From Deltaproteobacteria bacterium (GTDB lineage Bacteria > UBA10199 > 2-02-FULL-50-16 > JAJFLM01): a stretch of 45,091 bases of DNA. The translations under genes and the position numbers were made by a program. Below the pieces are notes generated by a model that was not told where the DNA came from, made no database searches, and worked only from the letters and a program-made list of their open reading frames with translations. Position 1 is the stretch's first letter, and each line of letters opens with the position of its first letter. Where the stretch lies: assembly GCA_021772655.1 (NCBI GenBank), contig JAJFLM010000057.1:1-45091 (forward strand). The letters are read 5' to 3'. Of this stretch, positions 42,747-45,091 are shown piece by piece.

Positions 42747-42752
42747 GCGGCC

Positions 42753-43244
42753 ATGACATTTTCTGTGACAGCTGTACGAGATGCGTTGGCCCGTAATGCG
42801 GGTGGCACGCCGTTGGTGGGGTATGACGAACAGGTGGCGAGCGACATTCTGGAGTTTATGTCTGAGGGGAAGTTGCTCATGGAGATTTGTTCTGAGGCTG
42901 GTTATCCGATGCCGCACACTGTGAGGAAGTGGGCGATAGAGTCGCCGGAATTCAGGAAGCGGTTTGAGTCGGCGCTGGAGATGCAGGCGCACATGTTGTT
43001 TGAGGAGGCGATCATGACGGCGCGTACGGCGACGAAGGATGACACGAATCAGGCGCGGATGTTGACGGACAATTTACTGAAGGCGGCAGGTAAATTACTT
43101 CCAAAGATCTACGGAGACAAGAGTGAGCAGTCCACGATTGTGCCTATCCAGATCATTACGAACTTAGGGGACGGTGGTGCTGTGACGGGAGTAGCGAGAG
43201 GGGAATATACTGTGGAGGTGAAAGATTGTGATTCATCTACCTGA
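42753..43244 (+). CDS. terS: terminase small subunit
   Basis: The pattern GGTPLVGYDEQVASDILEFMSEGKLLMEICSEAGYPMPHTVRKWAIESPEFRKRFESALEMQA ... LLPKIYGDK is typical of HTH-type small terminases. It lies directly upstream of the large terminase. Confidence 0.75.
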   Translation: MTFSVTAVRDALARNAGGTPLVGYDEQVASDILEFMSEGKLLMEICSEAGYPMPHTVRKWAIESPEFRKRFESALEMQAHMLFEEAIMTARTATKDDTNQARMLTDNLLKAAGKLLPKIYGDKSEQSTIVPIQIITNLGDGGAVTGVARGEYTVEVKDCDSST

Positions 43245-43506
43245 AAAATGTCCTCGTGGTTTATCTACTTGTCAACCGCTTGCCAATTTAGTAGATGATG
43301 AAAAGAATGGTTTCATTTGTTGTGGTTTGAATGATGTCTCTGACCGCGTTCATGAGCAAGATGAGTTTGCACATTGTTGGAAGAATGAGCATGTGGATTA
43401 TCGAGATCATTGGGACAACCGAGATATTATTGATACTGTTTCGGTTTTAATGCGAGCTTTGAGTATAAAGGCGAATATAGATTACAATGCAAAAGAAAAG
43501 ATCTGA
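43228..43506 (+). CDS. hypothetical Cys/His-rich protein
   Basis: 92-aa ORF with GTG start, between the terminase subunit genes. Confidence 0.4.
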   Translation: MIHLPEKCPRGLSTCQPLANLVDDEKNGFICCGLNDVSDRVHEQDEFAHCWKNEHVDYRDHWDNRDIIDTVSVLMRALSIKANIDYNAKEKI

Positions 43507-43539
43507 ATACGAAAGAGTATTTATGTGACATGAAAATTA

Positions 43540-45012
43540 TTGGGAGAGTCAATGCCTGAAAGTATTTTTATTGCAAATCCCGTACAAAAGGCGTTCATTG
43601 AATCACATTGTGAAGCCGACTTGTTCTCATCCCGTATGGGAGAGGGTAAGTCGGCTGCTTTGTGTTGGGCGACTTGGTATCACACGAAGAACAACCCTGG
43701 GGCGGATTGGATAATCGTCCGTGACACCTGGGTGAACCTGGAAGGAACGACGCAGAAGGAGTTCTTTGAGTGGTTCTGGGATTATGGGACATACAAGGCG
43801 AGTACGAAGACATTCACCTGGCGTGCCGAGGGCATGAACAACGGGAAGAAGTGGGGGACTGTGAGGTTCATGGGGTTGGATGATGCGAAGGACGCGCACA
43901 GTCTTCAATCTTTACCGATCGCCGGGTTTGGCATGGACGAGCCTGCGCCTGCCGCTGAGAGTGGCGGCATTGCAGAGGAGATATTTGACGTGGCGCTGAG
44001 TCGTTTGCGCCAGAAGAACATGAACTACTACGCGGCGAAGTTGGCGCAGAACAACCCGGACGAGAATCATTGGTCGTACAGGCGGTTCGTAGACCCCGGA
44101 ACACCTCCCACCCCCAAGGAGTTACTGCCGCAGCAGCAGGACTCAGGCTTCACGCTTTGGCATACGGACATCCCCGAGAATCTGCAGAACCTCCCTCCAG
44201 GCTACTACGAATCGCTTCGTACGAAGTGGGCGCACCGACCGGACTTTGTGAAACGATTCGTTGACGGCCAGTTCGGATTCATCGGCAAAGGCACCAAGGT
44301 CACGCCGGAATGGAACGACTCTATTCACTTGGCGACAGGACTGGCACCTGTGCCCGGTGTGGAGTTGGTATTGTTGTGGGACTTCGGGTTGAACCCGACG
44401 TGCATCATCACGCAAGTGACGCCGATGGGGTACTGGAACTTCATTGAAAGTCATGTAGGCGACGGCATCGGAGTCGAGGAGTTGATTGAGGATCGGGTGA
44501 AGCCGACGCTACGAGCCAACTACCCGAGGAAGGTGAAGCTCCGTCACATTGGTGATCCTGCAGGTAAGAATCGGGAGCAGTCGTCGTCACAGCGGACTGC
44601 GGTGAAGCACTTGACGAAGGAGTTGGGCGGCAGGTGGTATGACGGACCTATCCAGATCCATGAACGCATTGATCCTTTGCGTGCCGTGTTGAGGAAGACG
44701 CATGGCGGGCGCGGTGTCGTGCAGGTGGACAGGCACAAGGCGAAAGAGGTGTATCTTGCATTGCGTGGTGGTTGGCATTATCATGTTGCCAGAACAGGGA
44801 TGGTGTCACAGAACCCAGAGAAGGACGAGCACAGCCATCCTGGAGATGCAGCAGGGTACGGAGCAGCTATATTATTTCCTTTAGGACGCTTAACAAATTC
44901 TCGACATTCCCGGCAAGCACAGAGTGCGTCATTTTTCGGGAGGCAGGAAAGAAGGCGTAAGCGCTTGATAAATGTCAAAAAAGACATTAAGATGCTATCC
45001 AATTGGGATTAA
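43540..45012 (+). CDS. terL: terminase large subunit
   Basis: 490 aa. Walker A-like SSRMGEGKSAAL, Walker B-like IAGFGMDEP, and a C-terminal nuclease-like region (LLWDFGLNPT ... HIGDPAG ... HPGDAAGY). Confidence 0.85.
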   Translation: MGESMPESIFIANPVQKAFIESHCEADLFSSRMGEGKSAALCWATWYHTKNNPGADWIIVRDTWVNLEGTTQKEFFEWFWDYGTYKASTKTFTWRAEGMNNGKKWGTVRFMGLDDAKDAHSLQSLPIAGFGMDEPAPAAESGGIAEEIFDVALSRLRQKNMNYYAAKLAQNNPDENHWSYRRFVDPGTPPTPKELLPQQQDSGFTLWHTDIPENLQNLPPGYYESLRTKWAHRPDFVKRFVDGQFGFIGKGTKVTPEWNDSIHLATGLAPVPGVELVLLWDFGLNPTCIITQVTPMGYWNFIESHVGDGIGVEELIEDRVKPTLRANYPRKVKLRHIGDPAGKNREQSSSQRTAVKHLTKELGGRWYDGPIQIHERIDPLRAVLRKTHGGRGVVQVDRHKAKEVYLALRGGWHYHVARTGMVSQNPEKDEHSHPGDAAGYGAAILFPLGRLTNSRHSRQAQSASFFGRQERRRKRLINVKKDIKMLSNWD

Positions 45013-45091
45013 TTTTGGAATATTATGCCTCAAAAGAAAATTGAAGAAAGAATTTGTTTAAAACGGGCAATACACTCGGGGGAGAGGGAGT

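Overview
The window reads as a complete, circularly closed or circularly permuted tailed-phage genome of about 45.1 kb with two opposed gene arms. The Shine-Dalgarno (SD) sequence for the first ORF lies at the last bases of the window. The plus arm runs 42753..45012 and continues over the junction to 1..20684. It carries small and large terminase, portal, scaffold, major capsid, an intrinsic terminator, adaptor/tail proteins, a repeat-rich tail fibre, three large internal-virion-like proteins, an SLT lytic transglycosylase, a holin candidate and an overlapped spanin pair. This is a podovirus/T7-like gene order. The minus arm runs 41954 down to 20685. It carries tightly coupled micro-ORFs, a pentapeptide-repeat protein, a tRNA region, a tetrapeptide-repeat protein, a GGQ release-factor/ArfB-like protein and a MazG-like protein. 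It also carries a pectate-lyase-fold protein, an intein-interrupted SNF2 ATPase, a primase-polymerase, an SF1 helicase, a VRR-NUC nuclease and a glycosyltransferase/methyltransferase island. I recognised no integrase, phage RNA polymerase or family A/B DNA polymerase. Several near-consensus sigma70-type promoters (TTGACA-17-TAnnnT) suggest host RNA polymerase is used. The most unusual observation is next to a normal tRNA-Ile(GAU). There, the two halves of a canonical tRNA-like molecule are encoded in permuted order: the 3' half ending in CCA lies upstream of the matching 5' half. No recognisable anticodon loop is present. Other notable items are a probable class-3-type LAGLIDADG intein with Pro at position 1, and a 1.27-kb stop-free alternative frame inside the prim-pol gene that is in phase with the helicase. 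There is also a Maf/DUF115-type glycosylation island and an ~800-bp iteron-rich non-coding region. All functional calls come from motifs read by eye plus synteny. No database search was possible, and many start codons are uncertain because the ORF track uses ATG/GTG/TTG.
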